Below, one piece after another: positions 46,906-59,234 of a stretch of 64,000 nt of DNA. Position 1 is the stretch's first letter. Every line of letters begins with the position of its first letter. Both the position numbers and the translations under genes were made by a program. The notes beneath the pieces are model-generated. The model made no database searches and was not told where the DNA came from. It worked only from the letters and a program-made list of their open reading frames with translations. Origin of the DNA: Myxococcota bacterium (GTDB taxonomy: Bacteria; Myxococcota_A; UBA9160; SZUA-336); the NCBI GenBank assembly GCA_965247115.1, contig CBDFGR010000003.1, forward strand, positions 2,560,001 to 2,624,000. The letters run 5' to 3'.

Positions 46906-47779
46906 GCGCGCTCCTTCTGTCGTGCCGCCCCAAGCGAGGCGACTCCAGTGTCGAAGAGATCGGTCTGCGGGGCGTCGTCATCCGGTGGCGCGCGCGCGTC
47001 TTGCTCGCGTCGCTCTCGCTCGCGCACCTCGAAGTCCCGCTTCGCGCGGGCGCGGCTCAGACACGCCTGGTAGCGGTGCTCGAGTACCGCTCCGGAGTAG
47101 CCCGCGCTCTCGACATAGCGGTCGTCTCGGATCGCGAAGAACTCCGGCAGCAGAAGAACGAAGTCCTCCAGGCCGACCGCCGCCGCGATGCTCTTGAGCG
47201 CCCTCTTGTCTCGGCCGACCGGATTGCAGTCTTCGCCTCGGTGCTCCCGGAAGGCTCGAAGAAGAGGCGGACGGCTTGCTGCCCGAGGGGCTCCGAGGCC
47301 CCGAGGGGCTCCGAGCTCTTCGGCTCAGTGCCTTTGGCCGCCCCGCGCTTCCGGCGCGGGGGGTTCTTTTCTTTTAACGCGGAAGCGGAAGCGGAAGCGG
47401 AGGAGCCCGTAACTTTGTTTGGTGAAGCACGTTCACGTTGAACGTCAGCGCGTCGCGGGAACTGCTTTTTCGCGAAGTTAGGCCATTTCACCCGGTACGC
47501 GTCTGGCGCGACGTCGTCGGCCCTCTGAACCCGGACGGGCGTGAGGTCGGCCAGACGTGAGGCTCGCCAGAGCGCCGCCTTGAGCGTACCTACGTTGAAT
47601 ACTCGCATTAGGTCGAGGCTCGAGACGAGGAACTCGTCTTCGGTCCTGTCGGCGTAGCGGTCGATCGCGAGCATGCCGAGGCGGGCGTAGGCGGCCATGG
47701 TCCGGTCGTCCCGGTAGGCGCCGAGCGTCTTCCGGTGATTCCCGAACGAGCAGTACAGCTTGAAGTGGCCACCAGCCAT
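46902..47779 (-). pseudogene. Replication initiator-like protein with a 1-nt frameshift at ~47255
   Basis: WPNFAKKQ and SASASASA linker; restoring one base gives FFEAFREHRGEDC...QKERA*, with ATGA overlap onto the helicase. Confidence 0.75.
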
Positions 47780-47845
47780 GTTGCTCTCACCCCCCGATGA
47801 GTCTCTGTGTGGAGACCTTAGCTGACGCGTGCCGGTGCACGGCTG

Positions 47846-48472
47846 GTGCGAGAGTCGGGCCCGCGGGACCGTCTGCGGGCTTCTCGTCAACCGAGATGCT
47901 CAGCCCGCGCGATTCATGGACCATCTTGTAGCCTTTGCAGGGGGGTAGAATGGCCGCTGCGAAGTGAGCCCCGACTCTGGGGCGGGAGGGAAGGAGTGCC
48001 CGAGCATGCGTGGATAAGCCGTCTCGGGCGCGTCCTCTTTGTGACGGCGTGCGGGGTGCTCCTTGGGTGGGTGCTGTGGGTGCCCGGTCCCGCCCTCTGG
48101 AACGAGGCGGCGGTCCGTGTGCACGCCTTTCGGCTCGACCGAGCCGAGATAGGCAAGCTGAGGTCCGCCGTCGGCTACTTCGTCGAGAACTGCCTCGAGA
48201 TCGACTGGGCTGCGAGGACTCCGAGCACATCTGCCTGTTTGAGCGCGGCCCTGGCGGGAGTTGGCGCCGTTGAGAAGATCGCGAAGTCGCGAGGCGAGGA
48301 GTACGCGCCCGGAACAGAGGACAGCCCACAGGTGCGTGCAGCGCTGCTGAAGATATACAGGATGAGGCGCGTCTGCATCGAAGCGATTGGCGGAGAATAC
48401 AGCAGCGACTTCGGCGAGCGCGCAGCTTGTAAAGCGATGACCGAGGCGGTCTACCGACCGCTGCGGCGGTGA
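47846..48472 (+). CDS. Membrane-anchored hypothetical protein (start uncertain)
   Basis: TM segment VLFVTACGVLLGWVLW; Cys-containing helical domain. Confidence 0.45.
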   Translation: MRESGPRDRLRASRQPRCSARAIHGPSCSLCRGVEWPLRSEPRLWGGREGVPEHAWISRLGRVLFVTACGVLLGWVLWVPGPALWNEAAVRVHAFRLDRAEIGKLRSAVGYFVENCLEIDWAARTPSTSACLSAALAGVGAVEKIAKSRGEEYAPGTEDSPQVRAALLKIYRMRRVCIEAIGGEYSSDFGERAACKAMTEAVYRPLRR

Positions 48473-48479
48473 TGTTCCT

Positions 48480-48737
48480 CGCCGCGCCTATCTCGACCTC
48501 GTGGAGAGCCTGAAACCTCATGCCGCGAAGCTGCGTGGACTCGGTGAGATCACGGACCCCGATCGTGCGAGCGCGGCGCAGCCGATGATCCGCGCTTCGA
48601 GGGACGCTGCGAGGGACGCTGCGAGGGGAGCTGCGAGGGCCGTTGCGAGGGTCGCGCTCAAGCCGATCGTGCTCACGCTCCAGGATTCGGCACGCGATCT
48701 CGTCTGTCGAATGCTTGCGGTGGGGGAGTCCGCATGA
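48480..48737 (+). pseudogene. C-terminal fragment of a phage Ala-repeat (DAAR) protein
   Basis: AYLDLVESLKPHAAKLR...DAARDAARGAAR...LQDSARDLVCRM; no convincing start or SD. Confidence 0.5.
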
Positions 48738-49555
48738 CTCCCTCTTCTCCTCCCGACCGGGCGGCGATCGCGCGCCTCGACGTAGCGTCCCACCTCGAGC
48801 ACTGTCAATACGAGCTTGATCCGGAGCTCGGATCGGATGCGTCCGCGACTACAGACTTCCGCGAGCGCAACGCGATTTCGGCTGCGCTCCTCGCTGTTCA
48901 GTCAGCCCTCCGTGAGCTGCGCCGTGCCGAGTTGGCCCGGAGGTCACGATGCGACTGGAGGAGATCGTGAAGCGCCCTACGATGCGCGCGCGGAACCGTC
49001 GCGAGCTCGCGCACGGTCGCCGCGTTGCCCCGACGCCCGACGTGCCGATCGATCGCGCCCTCCTCGGACCTGAGCGCTGTGTCCTGTGCCGGGAAGAGGC
49101 CGCCGACGACATCACGGGCCTTGACGACAAGGGCGTGTGTCTCACCTGCCGAGCGGCCGCACGGCTGCGGTTATGAGCATCGAGATTATCGAGAGCCGGG
49201 CGCACCCCACGATGTGCGCGATGTACTGCACCACCTCCGACGTAGCCTTCGGGCCCGTGTTCACGTCCCATGAAGAGGCGGAGCGGTTCATCGCCTATTG
49301 CTGGCTCCAGACGGGCGATGACCCTCGGGGCGTCGAAGGGTGCGTCCTAGAGCGCCTGGTCACGGAGATGCGAAAAGAAGAGCCATGCGCCCTTTGATAG
49401 TCGCGCCCAAGCCCTTCCCGCGCGTCCCGCAAGACCTCCGCGAATTGCTCGCGGAAATCGACCTCTATCTCGCGCAGCGAGAGCGTCAAGCGCGGCTGGA
49501 ACGGCCGCAGCTCCGCGACCTGCGCGCACGAATCCAACGAGAACTCACGAAGTAA
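48734..49555 (+). other. Four small coupled early genes (48734-48970, 48949-49176, 49173-49397, 49385-49555)
   Basis: Overlapping starts and stops, SD sequences; one has CxxC...CxxC. Confidence 0.55.
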
Positions 49556-49567
49556 AGGAGAGATGCC

Positions 49568-50365
49568 GTGAGCATGTTAGATCAGGTCACCACAGGAAGA
49601 ACGATCCGGCCCCCGCGGATCGTCATTCATGGCAGAGGAGGAGTCGGCAAGACGACCTTCGGCGCGAGTACGCCGAATCCGATCTTCCTGCCTGCAGAAG
49701 AGGGACTCGGCACGCTCGACGTGCCTCATGTTCCCATTCCCACGAGCTACGCCGAGATCCTCGAGACGATCACGGATCTGCAACGTCAGGAGCACGTCTA
49801 CCGAACCCTCGTCATCGACACGATCGACCACGTCGAGCCTCTCGTCTGGGAGGAGACGTGTCGTCGCATGTCCGAGGGGGGGCGGAAGACGTACGAGCAC
49901 GTCGAGGATTTTGGGTATCAGAAGGGCTACCTGTTCGCCGATCGCGAGTGGACGCAGCTCTTTCACGCGCTGGACGCGATCCGACGCGACCCCGGCATGA
50001 TGATCGTCGTGCTCTCCCACAACGAGAGCAAGACGTTCGAAGATCCGGTGATCGGTCCCTACGACCGCGTCACTCCGAAGCTCCACAAGCGAGCGAACGC
50101 GCTGCTCTACGAGTGGGCCGACATCGTCGGCTACCTGGAGATCCAGCGAGCCACGATCGAGAAGGAGGGCGCGAAGAGTCGGAAGGTGCGCACCAGCGCC
50201 ACAACCGGCACGCGCGAGCTCTTTCTCGAGGACACGGGAGCCTTCATCGCGAAGAACCGCTACGGGCTTCCGATCCGCATCGAGGTGCCCCAGGCCAACC
50301 CTTACACCCCGCTCCGTGAAGCGCTGAAGTCGGCGCTCGGAGTCCAGAAGCAGGAGGCCGCGTAA
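49568..50365 (+). CDS. Sak4-like (AAA_24) single-strand annealing ATPase
   Basis: HGRGGVGKT, TLVIDTID, EWADIVG, AKNRYGLP. Confidence 0.88.
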   Translation: MSMLDQVTTGRTIRPPRIVIHGRGGVGKTTFGASTPNPIFLPAEEGLGTLDVPHVPIPTSYAEILETITDLQRQEHVYRTLVIDTIDHVEPLVWEETCRRMSEGGRKTYEHVEDFGYQKGYLFADREWTQLFHALDAIRRDPGMMIVVLSHNESKTFEDPVIGPYDRVTPKLHKRANALLYEWADIVGYLEIQRATIEKEGAKSRKVRTSATTGTRELFLEDTGAFIAKNRYGLPIRIEVPQANPYTPLREALKSALGVQKQEAA

Positions 50366-50869
50366 ATGCCACGCATCGGAGCAGCACTTCACGACGTAGA
50401 GGACAACGACATGCCGAGAGGAAGCTGGGTCGCTCTTGAGTCCGGCAAGTACCCGTTCATGATTACCGACAGCGAGTACAAGCCGACGAAGAGGGGAGAC
50501 GGGATGTGCTTGCACCTCACACTGCAGTGCATCCACCCAGATCACACCCGAGTAGAGCTGCGCGACTTTCTGACGCTCGAGCATCCCAATCCAGACACGG
50601 TCCGAATCGCGAAGGGTCGGCTGAAGCAGATCGGACTGGCCTGCAAGGTCAGGAATCCCGACTTCATCCAGGACAGCGAGGAGCTCCACAACATCCCGTT
50701 TGTCGCCAGCGTCTCGAAGGAAGAGGCGGAGGATCCGAAGTACGGAGATGTGGACGGCTACGAGAACCGGATTGCCAAGTACAAGCGGATCGACGGCAAC
50801 GCCCCGATGTCCGAGCCACTGCCAGAGCAGTCGCAGCCTACTCGGGCCTCCGGGGACATCCTCTTCTGA
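50366..50869 (+). CDS. DUF669-like single-stranded DNA-binding protein
   Basis: GKYPFMITDSEYKPTKRGDG...DSEELHNIP...NRI; acidic/Phe tail. Confidence 0.82.
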   Translation: MPRIGAALHDVEDNDMPRGSWVALESGKYPFMITDSEYKPTKRGDGMCLHLTLQCIHPDHTRVELRDFLTLEHPNPDTVRIAKGRLKQIGLACKVRNPDFIQDSEELHNIPFVASVSKEEAEDPKYGDVDGYENRIAKYKRIDGNAPMSEPLPEQSQPTRASGDILF

Positions 50870-51603
50870 TGGCCGAGCTCCCCCGCATCCGCAGTCCGCA
50901 GCCCCAGGTCGCCGACCGGATCTTCCGCGCCCTTGAGAGGCGGGAGGCCGATCGTCCGCGGAGCGGAAACCTCACCATGAGCGGCATCGGAGAGTGCGCT
51001 CGCCACCTCTGGGCCGAGCGAAACGAGCACTCGACGCCGAAATCCAGGCCAGGCCGGGTGCTCGCGACCTTCGAGTACGGAAACGCGACCGAGTCCCATG
51101 TGATCCGGCTCCTCCGCCTCGCGGACTACCTGATCGGGGCGGAGCAGCGTCGCGTCACCTGTGATCTCGGCGATGGACTCACACTGCGCGGCCGGATCGA
51201 CGGAACGATCCTCCTCGGCAAGAAATATTCCGAACGGCTGGAGGCGCTGCTCGAGGTGAAAAGTGCGAAGGCGTCGCAGTTCGAGGAGTGCAAGGCGAAG
51301 GGCTACGAGAAGTGGAATCCGAAGTACGCGGACCAGCTGCAGATGTACATGGGCGCGGGAGGCTTCCACATCGCCCTTGCCTTCGTCTATTGCAAGGACA
51401 TCTCCGAGCCCTACCCGGAGAAGATCCGCTTCGAGCCAGAGCGCTACGAGGCCCTGAAGGCGAAGGCACGTCTGATTCTCACTTCCGAGGAGCCGCCCAA
51501 GCGCCCCGATGAGGCGACTTCACAGTTCTGCAGCTTCTGCAAGTGGTGCAATTCGAACGAGTGGTGCTGGTCGCCAGTCTCGGAGACACGCTTCGACGAT
51601 TGA
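50869..51603 (+). CDS. Cas4-like PD-(D/E)XK exonuclease with Fe-S cysteines
   Basis: GECARHLW, GRIDG, EVKS, QLQMYM, CSFCKWC...C. Confidence 0.85.
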   Translation: MAELPRIRSPQPQVADRIFRALERREADRPRSGNLTMSGIGECARHLWAERNEHSTPKSRPGRVLATFEYGNATESHVIRLLRLADYLIGAEQRRVTCDLGDGLTLRGRIDGTILLGKKYSERLEALLEVKSAKASQFEECKAKGYEKWNPKYADQLQMYMGAGGFHIALAFVYCKDISEPYPEKIRFEPERYEALKAKARLILTSEEPPKRPDEATSQFCSFCKWCNSNEWCWSPVSETRFDD

Positions 51604-51915
51604 GGGAGAGATTCGCATGGGGGGAAGACGATCTGCTGAACGACCTTAGGACTGCGCGGGAGCCGACGCGGCGGGAGATCAGCGACGTTCTCCTCTTCGG
51701 GAGCTTCGACGGGAGCATGGGTAGAGCCCGACCTCTGCTTGAGCTGCGTCGAGGGTGAGACGGACAGCCGAGGCGCCGGTCGATCTGCCGTACTGCGCAT
51801 GCGAGCAGACCGGGGAGTCCGTACGGAACATCGGCATGCTCTCGGAGCCCCACTATCTCAACGTGCCACTGCTGCCTGCTTGGCAAGCAGAGGAGGAGGA
51901 CGACGGCGGCGAGAC

Positions 51916-52212
51916 ATGAGCAGCAAGAAGCCAACGCCCCTGGCGGCCCGTCCTGAGCGGTCGGTGGAGTATCGCCGGAACCCTCCACCCTGGATGAATT
52001 TCACTCAGCTCGCCGCCTACCTCGGATGTTCCGCCAAGACGGTGCGGAACTATGCAAGGATGGGGATGCCGTACAGCCCCATCGGAGGAGAGAACAAGGT
52101 GAAGCTCGAAAAGTTCTGGGCTTGGTTCGACGACCACGAGGTTCGCGAGGACGAGGAATCCGAGGCCTTCGCAGCCCGAGTCGTTGGTAGGATTCGCCGC
52201 CATGGCCGGTAA
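51916..52212 (+). CDS. Excisionase-like HTH protein
   Basis: WMNFTQLAAYLGCSAKTVRNY...GMP; overlaps the integrase start. Confidence 0.78.
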   Translation: MSSKKPTPLAARPERSVEYRRNPPPWMNFTQLAAYLGCSAKTVRNYARMGMPYSPIGGENKVKLEKFWAWFDDHEVREDEESEAFAARVVGRIRRHGR

Positions 52213-53458
52213 TCTGCGTCGCCGCGGACGAGTATGGCATGCGGACATATCGGTCGATGGCCAGCGACACCGCCTCTCGATGCGGACGAGCAGCCGAGTG
52301 GTCGCCGAGAAGCGCCTGCAAGACATCGAGACCAAGATCGCAGCCGGCGGCGGGGATTGGCGCAACACCGCGAGCCGATCACTCCGCGAGGCTTTCGACG
52401 ACTTCCTTGCATCGTCGACGAGCGAGCGTACGACGCTTTCGCGGTACAGGACGGGGTTCGACCTGGCCTGTGCGTACTTCGGGGCGCAGCGGCCGCTGTC
52501 GACGATCACGCGCGGCGACGCGCAGGCATTCGCCAAGAGCTTGCAGCTCAAGCCCGACGGGACACACCGGGCCCTGAGCACCCTCAAGAACTTGAACGCG
52601 GGGATCCGCCAGGTCTTCCAGGAAGCAGTCGACTCCGAAGAGATCCGCGAGAATCCGTGGGTTGTTGCGCGCGTAATCCGCAGGCTCGTACCAAAGCGCG
52701 AGCTCATCGAGGAAGATGACGAGCTCGTGATCCCGTTCACACGCGCCGAGCAACGGAAGCTGCTGGAGCACCTGCAGCCGCGCGATCGCGGGATGCACAT
52801 CGCTGCCGTGCTCGGGCTACGGTGCGGACTCCGCCGCTCCGAGGTGCTCGCGCTCCATTGGGACGACATCGATCTCGAGTCGACTCCTCCCATGCTGCAC
52901 GTCCGGCGCCGCGTTGCGGCCGGGCGCGCGGGCCCGGTCAAGTCGAAGACGTCGCGCCGGCGCGTGCCCCTCAGCGAGGAGTCCGTCGCAGCTCTTCGCG
53001 CATACCGCATGACGCTGCGGACTGAGGCGATGAAGCGGGGCGGCCAGAATCTGATGCCCGCGGTCGTGCCGAGCCATCGGCCGGGCACGGGAGCGAGCTA
53101 CAGGGAGATCGGTCGATTCAGCAAGGCGTTCCGGAAGATGCTCGTCGAGGCGAAGATCGACCTCCGGACCGAACATCCGTTCCATCGGCTGCGACACACG
53201 TATTGCTCCGAGCTCCTCTCGATGGGAGTCGACGTCGACCGGGTCTCGAGATGGGCGGGACACCAGACGCCGGCGATAACCAAGCGGCACTACGAGCATT
53301 TCATCCCGAATCCCGACGACGCAAAGCTCGTCAATCAGCTCGATCAGGGAATTGCTGGGGACCCGCTCACGGGCGACACCGAGGAGCGTCACTTTCGCCA
53401 GAAGGAGCCGTCACAGTTTGGCACACATACGTCACAGTCCGAGCGAAAGCGAAGCTAG
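52202..53458 (+). CDS. int: Tyrosine integrase
   Basis: GLRRSEVLAL.W (R), HRLRHT, AGH, HY catalytic residues; adjacent to tRNA-His. Confidence 0.95.
   Translation: MAGNLRRRGRVWHADISVDGQRHRLSMRTSSRVVAEKRLQDIETKIAAGGGDWRNTASRSLREAFDDFLASSTSERTTLSRYRTGFDLACAYFGAQRPLSTITRGDAQAFAKSLQLKPDGTHRALSTLKNLNAGIRQVFQEAVDSEEIRENPWVVARVIRRLVPKRELIEEDDELVIPFTRAEQRKLLEHLQPRDRGMHIAAVLGLRCGLRRSEVLALHWDDIDLESTPPMLHVRRRVAAGRAGPVKSKTSRRRVPLSEESVAALRAYRMTLRTEAMKRGGQNLMPAVVPSHRPGTGASYREIGRFSKAFRKMLVEAKIDLRTEHPFHRLRHTYCSELLSMGVDVDRVSRWAGHQTPAITKRHYEHFIPNPDDAKLVNQLDQGIAGDPLTGDTEERHFRQKEPSQFGTHTSQSERKRS
53410..53438. repeat. Putative integrase arm-type sites G(T/G)CACA x3
   Basis: GTCACAGTTT-GGCACACATAC-GTCACAGT at ~10-11 bp spacing, 65-95 bp from the tRNA 3' end. 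Confidence 0.5.
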
Positions 53459-53503
53459 GACGAAGCGGCAGGTTCCGTAACTATGCCATTCTTATGGCTT
53501 TCT

Positions 53504-53581
53504 TGGGGTGGGCGAGGGGACTTGAACCCCCGACTTCCGGAACCACAATCCGGCGCTCTAACCAACTGAGCTACGCCCACC
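53504..53581 (-). tRNA. tRNA-His(GTG)
   Basis: G-1 + GTGGGCG/CGCCCAC acceptor stem, C73, encoded CCA; anticodon arm CCGGA-TTGTGGT-TCCGG. Confidence 0.97.
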
Positions 53582-53687
53582 GTGCGGTCCTCGAGGGCGC
53601 CCCCAGGGGACCGGCTGGCCCATCTTAGGCCATCGAGAGCGCAGCGCCCACGCCTTCGCCGGACCTGCGGGGGCTCCCTTGGTCGAT

Positions 53688-53724
53688 TTGACAAGCATCC
53701 GTAGGTGCTCAGCTTTCTATACAA
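53688..53724 (+). promoter_or_regulatory. Possible clpB promoter (TTGACA -35) with an imperfect palindrome AGCATCC-GTA-GGTGCT; possibly leaderless
   Basis: Perfect -35 hexamer 37 nt before ATG; weak -10; no SD. Confidence 0.35.
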
Positions 53725-56340
<2,616 letters not shown>

Positions 56341-56358
56341 CGCCACACCGGGATCCGC

Positions 56359-57045
56359 TCACCCGTATACCCCGGGGTGCAGCAGCTCGACGAGTCCACG
56401 CCACAGCGGACTCACGATCCGTCCGAAGCCGAAAAAGATGAAGAGCAGGACGAAGATCGCGATCCCCCGTGACTGCATAGCCAGCTGAAGGCGCAGGGCC
56501 AGGTCCTCGGGGAGAACGAGCCTGATCGCGCTTGCTCCGTCCAGCGGTGGGATCGGGAGCAAGTTCAACAGGAACAGGACCATGTTGAGCAGCAGCGCGA
56601 TCGAGAGAAAGCGGCCGAGCCCGTCGAGCAGAACGCCGTCGCTCGCGACGAGCCGGGAGTAGCTCACGGAGTCGGGGGCGAAGAAGAAGCCTCCCGCCAG
56701 TCCGAGCCAGAGCACGACGAAGGCGAGCACGCCCAGCAGCAGGTTCGCGCCCGGTCCGGCTGCCGCCATCCACGCAGCGCGGCGCGGGTGACGCTGCTCC
56801 CAGGCGGGGTCGTAGGGGGTGCTCGCGTACCCCAGGCACCAGCCGGCAGAGAACAGCGCGACGAGCGGCAGCACGAGCATTCCGAAGGGCTCGCGCCGGA
56901 TGTGCGGTACTGGATTGAGCGACACCTGCCCGGCTCGATAGGCGGTCGGGTCACCACCGAGGTAGGCGGCGAGTGCGTGAGCCGCCTCATGGGCCGTGGT
57001 CGAGAGCACGAAGACGACGTACCACGTGATCAGGTCCGTGGGCAT
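56359..57045 (-). CDS. Site-2 protease (M50) family protein
   Basis: HEAAH, AAAGP, NLLPIPPLDG. Confidence 0.93.
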   Translation of the reverse strand: MPTDLITWYVVFVLSTTAHEAAHALAAYLGGDPTAYRAGQVSLNPVPHIRREPFGMLVLPLVALFSAGWCLGYASTPYDPAWEQRHPRRAAWMAAAGPGANLLLGVLAFVVLWLGLAGGFFFAPDSVSYSRLVASDGVLLDGLGRFLSIALLLNMVLFLLNLLPIPPLDGASAIRLVLPEDLALRLQLAMQSRGIAIFVLLFIFFGFGRIVSPLWRGLVELLHPGVYG

Positions 57046-57049
57046 TGGG

Positions 57050-57898
57050 CTAGGTGAACCAGCTGTGGCGTTCGGCGAGGCCGTCCTCGATCAGTAGGGC
57101 GATGCGATCGCGTATTCGCTCCACGTGGAGCTGGATGCTGCGGTCATCGTCGCTCGCCTCTCCCAGCAGGCGGATCGGCTCGCCGAAGATGATCCGGTAC
57201 TTCACGGGCAGCGGCAGGAATCCGAGCACCCCGAACAGAGGAAAGGTCCAGGTGATCGGGAACGCCGGCGCGCCGATGAGCCGACCCAACGACCTGGCGT
57301 CCAGCAGACCGGGACTCTGCTCTTCTGAACCCACGATACCGACGGGGACGATCGGCGCCTTGGCCTGCAACGCGATCCTGACGAAACCCGTACCGAAGCG
57401 CTGCAGTCGATAGGCCTCGCTGTAGGGCTTGATGAAGCCCCTGTGGCCCTCCGGAAAGACCATGACCGCCTCGTCGCGTTCCAGCAAGCGCTCGCAGTTC
57501 TCGGGCGTTCCGACGACAGATCCGACCCTGTGAATCAGCTCGCTGAACCAGGGGATCTTGGGCAGGTAGAACTCGGCCATGCCGCGCGCGATCCGCGGTG
57601 GCTCACCCTCCAGCAGCATGGCCTGCCCGAGCATCGCGCCATCCATCGGCAGCGTGTTCCCCGCGTGATTCGAGACCAGCAGCACGCGCCCGGCCGGGAG
57701 GTTCTCGATGCCGCGCGTCTCGACCCGAAAGTAGTAGCGATACAGGAACGCGAGGATCGGCGTTACGGGCCCGATCCCACCAGGGTGCATCCCGAAGGGG
57801 TCGTAACCGTACTCGTTGAGCTCCGAGGGAACCTGAGCGAGTCGATCTTCGACCTCCTCAGCGAGGGTACGCAGGGAAAGCGGCAGCGAGTCCCTCAT
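57050..57898 (-). CDS. Lysophospholipid/glycerol acyltransferase (PlsC-like)
   Basis: SNHAG...DG, VFPEG, PIVPV. Confidence 0.9.
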   Translation of the reverse strand: MRDSLPLSLRTLAEEVEDRLAQVPSELNEYGYDPFGMHPGGIGPVTPILAFLYRYYFRVETRGIENLPAGRVLLVSNHAGNTLPMDGAMLGQAMLLEGEPPRIARGMAEFYLPKIPWFSELIHRVGSVVGTPENCERLLERDEAVMVFPEGHRGFIKPYSEAYRLQRFGTGFVRIALQAKAPIVPVGIVGSEEQSPGLLDARSLGRLIGAPAFPITWTFPLFGVLGFLPLPVKYRIIFGEPIRLLGEASDDDRSIQLHVERIRDRIALLIEDGLAERHSWFT

Positions 57899-57914
57899 GC
57901 GACGCAGTATAAGG

Positions 57915-59234
57915 TCAGCGAGGCGTCCCGGCCGCTTCCGGCTGCTCGCGTCTCCGCAGCCAGTAGAGCGGCAGTGCCAGGGCGATCGTCAGCAGGCCCA
58001 GAGCGGACATGAGGGGCTCGCGAGCCACCATGAACCCCGCGATCGCGAGCGTGGTGACCACGAACAGACCCGGCACCCAGGGGTAGCCCGGGACGGGGAC
58101 CCTGTGCGCCCCCTCCCGTTGGCGGAGGGCGATCAGGCCTCCGATCGTCGCGGCGGCCGATAGGCTGAGCGTGAAGCCGATGTAGCCGAGCAGCTGAATC
58201 AGGTCGCTCACCCAGACCGCGAGGATGGCGAGTCCGACCTGCAACGCGACGGCTGCCCCGGGTGCTTCGCCACCGCGGGAGAAGGCGCGCGGGAAGAGCC
58301 CGTCGGCGGCCATCCGGGCATACACCCGCGGACCGGCCATGACCATGGCAGAGATCGAGGTGAAGAGGGCCAGCGCCACCAACGCGGAGACGGCCCGACG
58401 CAGCGCGTCCCCGCCCAGCGCCTCGGCCGCGATGGCCGCGACCTCTGCTTTGCCCGCGAGCTGCCCTGGAGGGGCCGCGTACAGGAATACAGCGTTGAGA
58501 CCCAGGTAGACGAGGGTCACGAGCGCAGTCGCGAGCCACAGCGATCTATGCAGGTTGTGCTCGGGATCTCTGATCTCCCCGGCTACGTAGACCGCAGCGT
58601 TCCAACCGGAATAGGCAAAGGAGATCCAGACGAGCGTAACGGCAAACGCCCCGACGTCCGGAGTGACGGAGGGACTGCCTCCCGCGCTCGAGGTTCCGGA
58701 GGTTCCCTGCAGCGCAGCCAGGGTGAGCAGAGCGGCGATCACGAGCAGCATCAGGCCGACCGCGAGATTCTGGAGGATGACGCCCTCTCGCAGTCGCAAG
58801 CCGTGCATCAGGCCGGCAGCCAGGATCGCGGCTGTGCCGATCCACTCCGGCGGGCCCACTCCGGCGAACGACTCGCCGAGGTAGGCCTGCAGGGCCAGAG
58901 CGGCCGCGGCGATGGGCGCCGTGAAACCCGCGAGCAGGGACACCCAGCCTGCCGCCAGGCCGGCCAGCGGGTGCACCGTTCTGGAGAGCAGTGTGTACTC
59001 GCCTCCGGACTCCGGAATGCGCCTGGCCAGGGCCCCGTAGCTGAGCGCGCCACACATGGCGAGCAGCCCTCCGATCGCCCACGCCAACAGCACGAGCTCC
59101 CGCCGGCCCAAGTCGGCGAGCGCGAAGCCCGAGGTCGTGAACACCCCGGCTCCGATCATGTTGCCGACGATCAGGGCTGAGGCACTGGTGATGCCGAGGC
59201 GCCGCCGCAGAGGCTCAGTCCGCTCGCCTGGCAA
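57915..59234 (-). CDS. APC family amino acid permease
   Basis: GNMIGAGVF, GGEY, FAYSGWN, GEIRDP; start estimated at TTG 59234. Confidence 0.9.
   Translation of the reverse strand: MPGERTEPLRRRLGITSASALIVGNMIGAGVFTTSGFALADLGRRELVLLAWAIGGLLAMCGALSYGALARRIPESGGEYTLLSRTVHPLAGLAAGWVSLLAGFTAPIAAAALALQAYLGESFAGVGPPEWIGTAAILAAGLMHGLRLREGVILQNLAVGLMLLVIAALLTLAALQGTSGTSSAGGSPSVTPDVGAFAVTLVWISFAYSGWNAAVYVAGEIRDPEHNLHRSLWLATALVTLVYLGLNAVFLYAAPPGQLAGKAEVAAIAAEALGGDALRRAVSALVALALFTSISAMVMAGPRVYARMAADGLFPRAFSRGGEAPGAAVALQVGLAILAVWVSDLIQLLGYIGFTLSLSAAATIGGLIALRQREGAHRVPVPGYPWVPGLFVVTTLAIAGFMVAREPLMSALGLLTIALALPLYWLRRREQPEAAGTPR

Larger units (their letters stand above)
18303..53503. mobile_element. Lambda-like siphovirus prophage at the 3' end of tRNA-His, probably defective; left boundary approximate
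   Basis: Integrase next to tRNA-His; recombination, replication, packaging, head, tail and lysis modules in lambdoid order; no left att copy found. Confidence 0.92.

Noticed and set aside
48594..48641. 12-bp tandem repeats as regulatory iterons
   Set aside because: Explained by the coding DAAR/GAAR peptide repeats.
50869..51603. Cas4-like nuclease as evidence of a CRISPR system
   Set aside because: No repeat-spacer array or other cas genes are visible; it sits in a standard Sak4 + SSB + exonuclease phage recombination module.
53692..53712. CIRCE element before clpB
   Set aside because: AGCA...TGCT arms are present, but spacing and flanks do not fit TTAGCACTC-N9-GAGTGCTAA.
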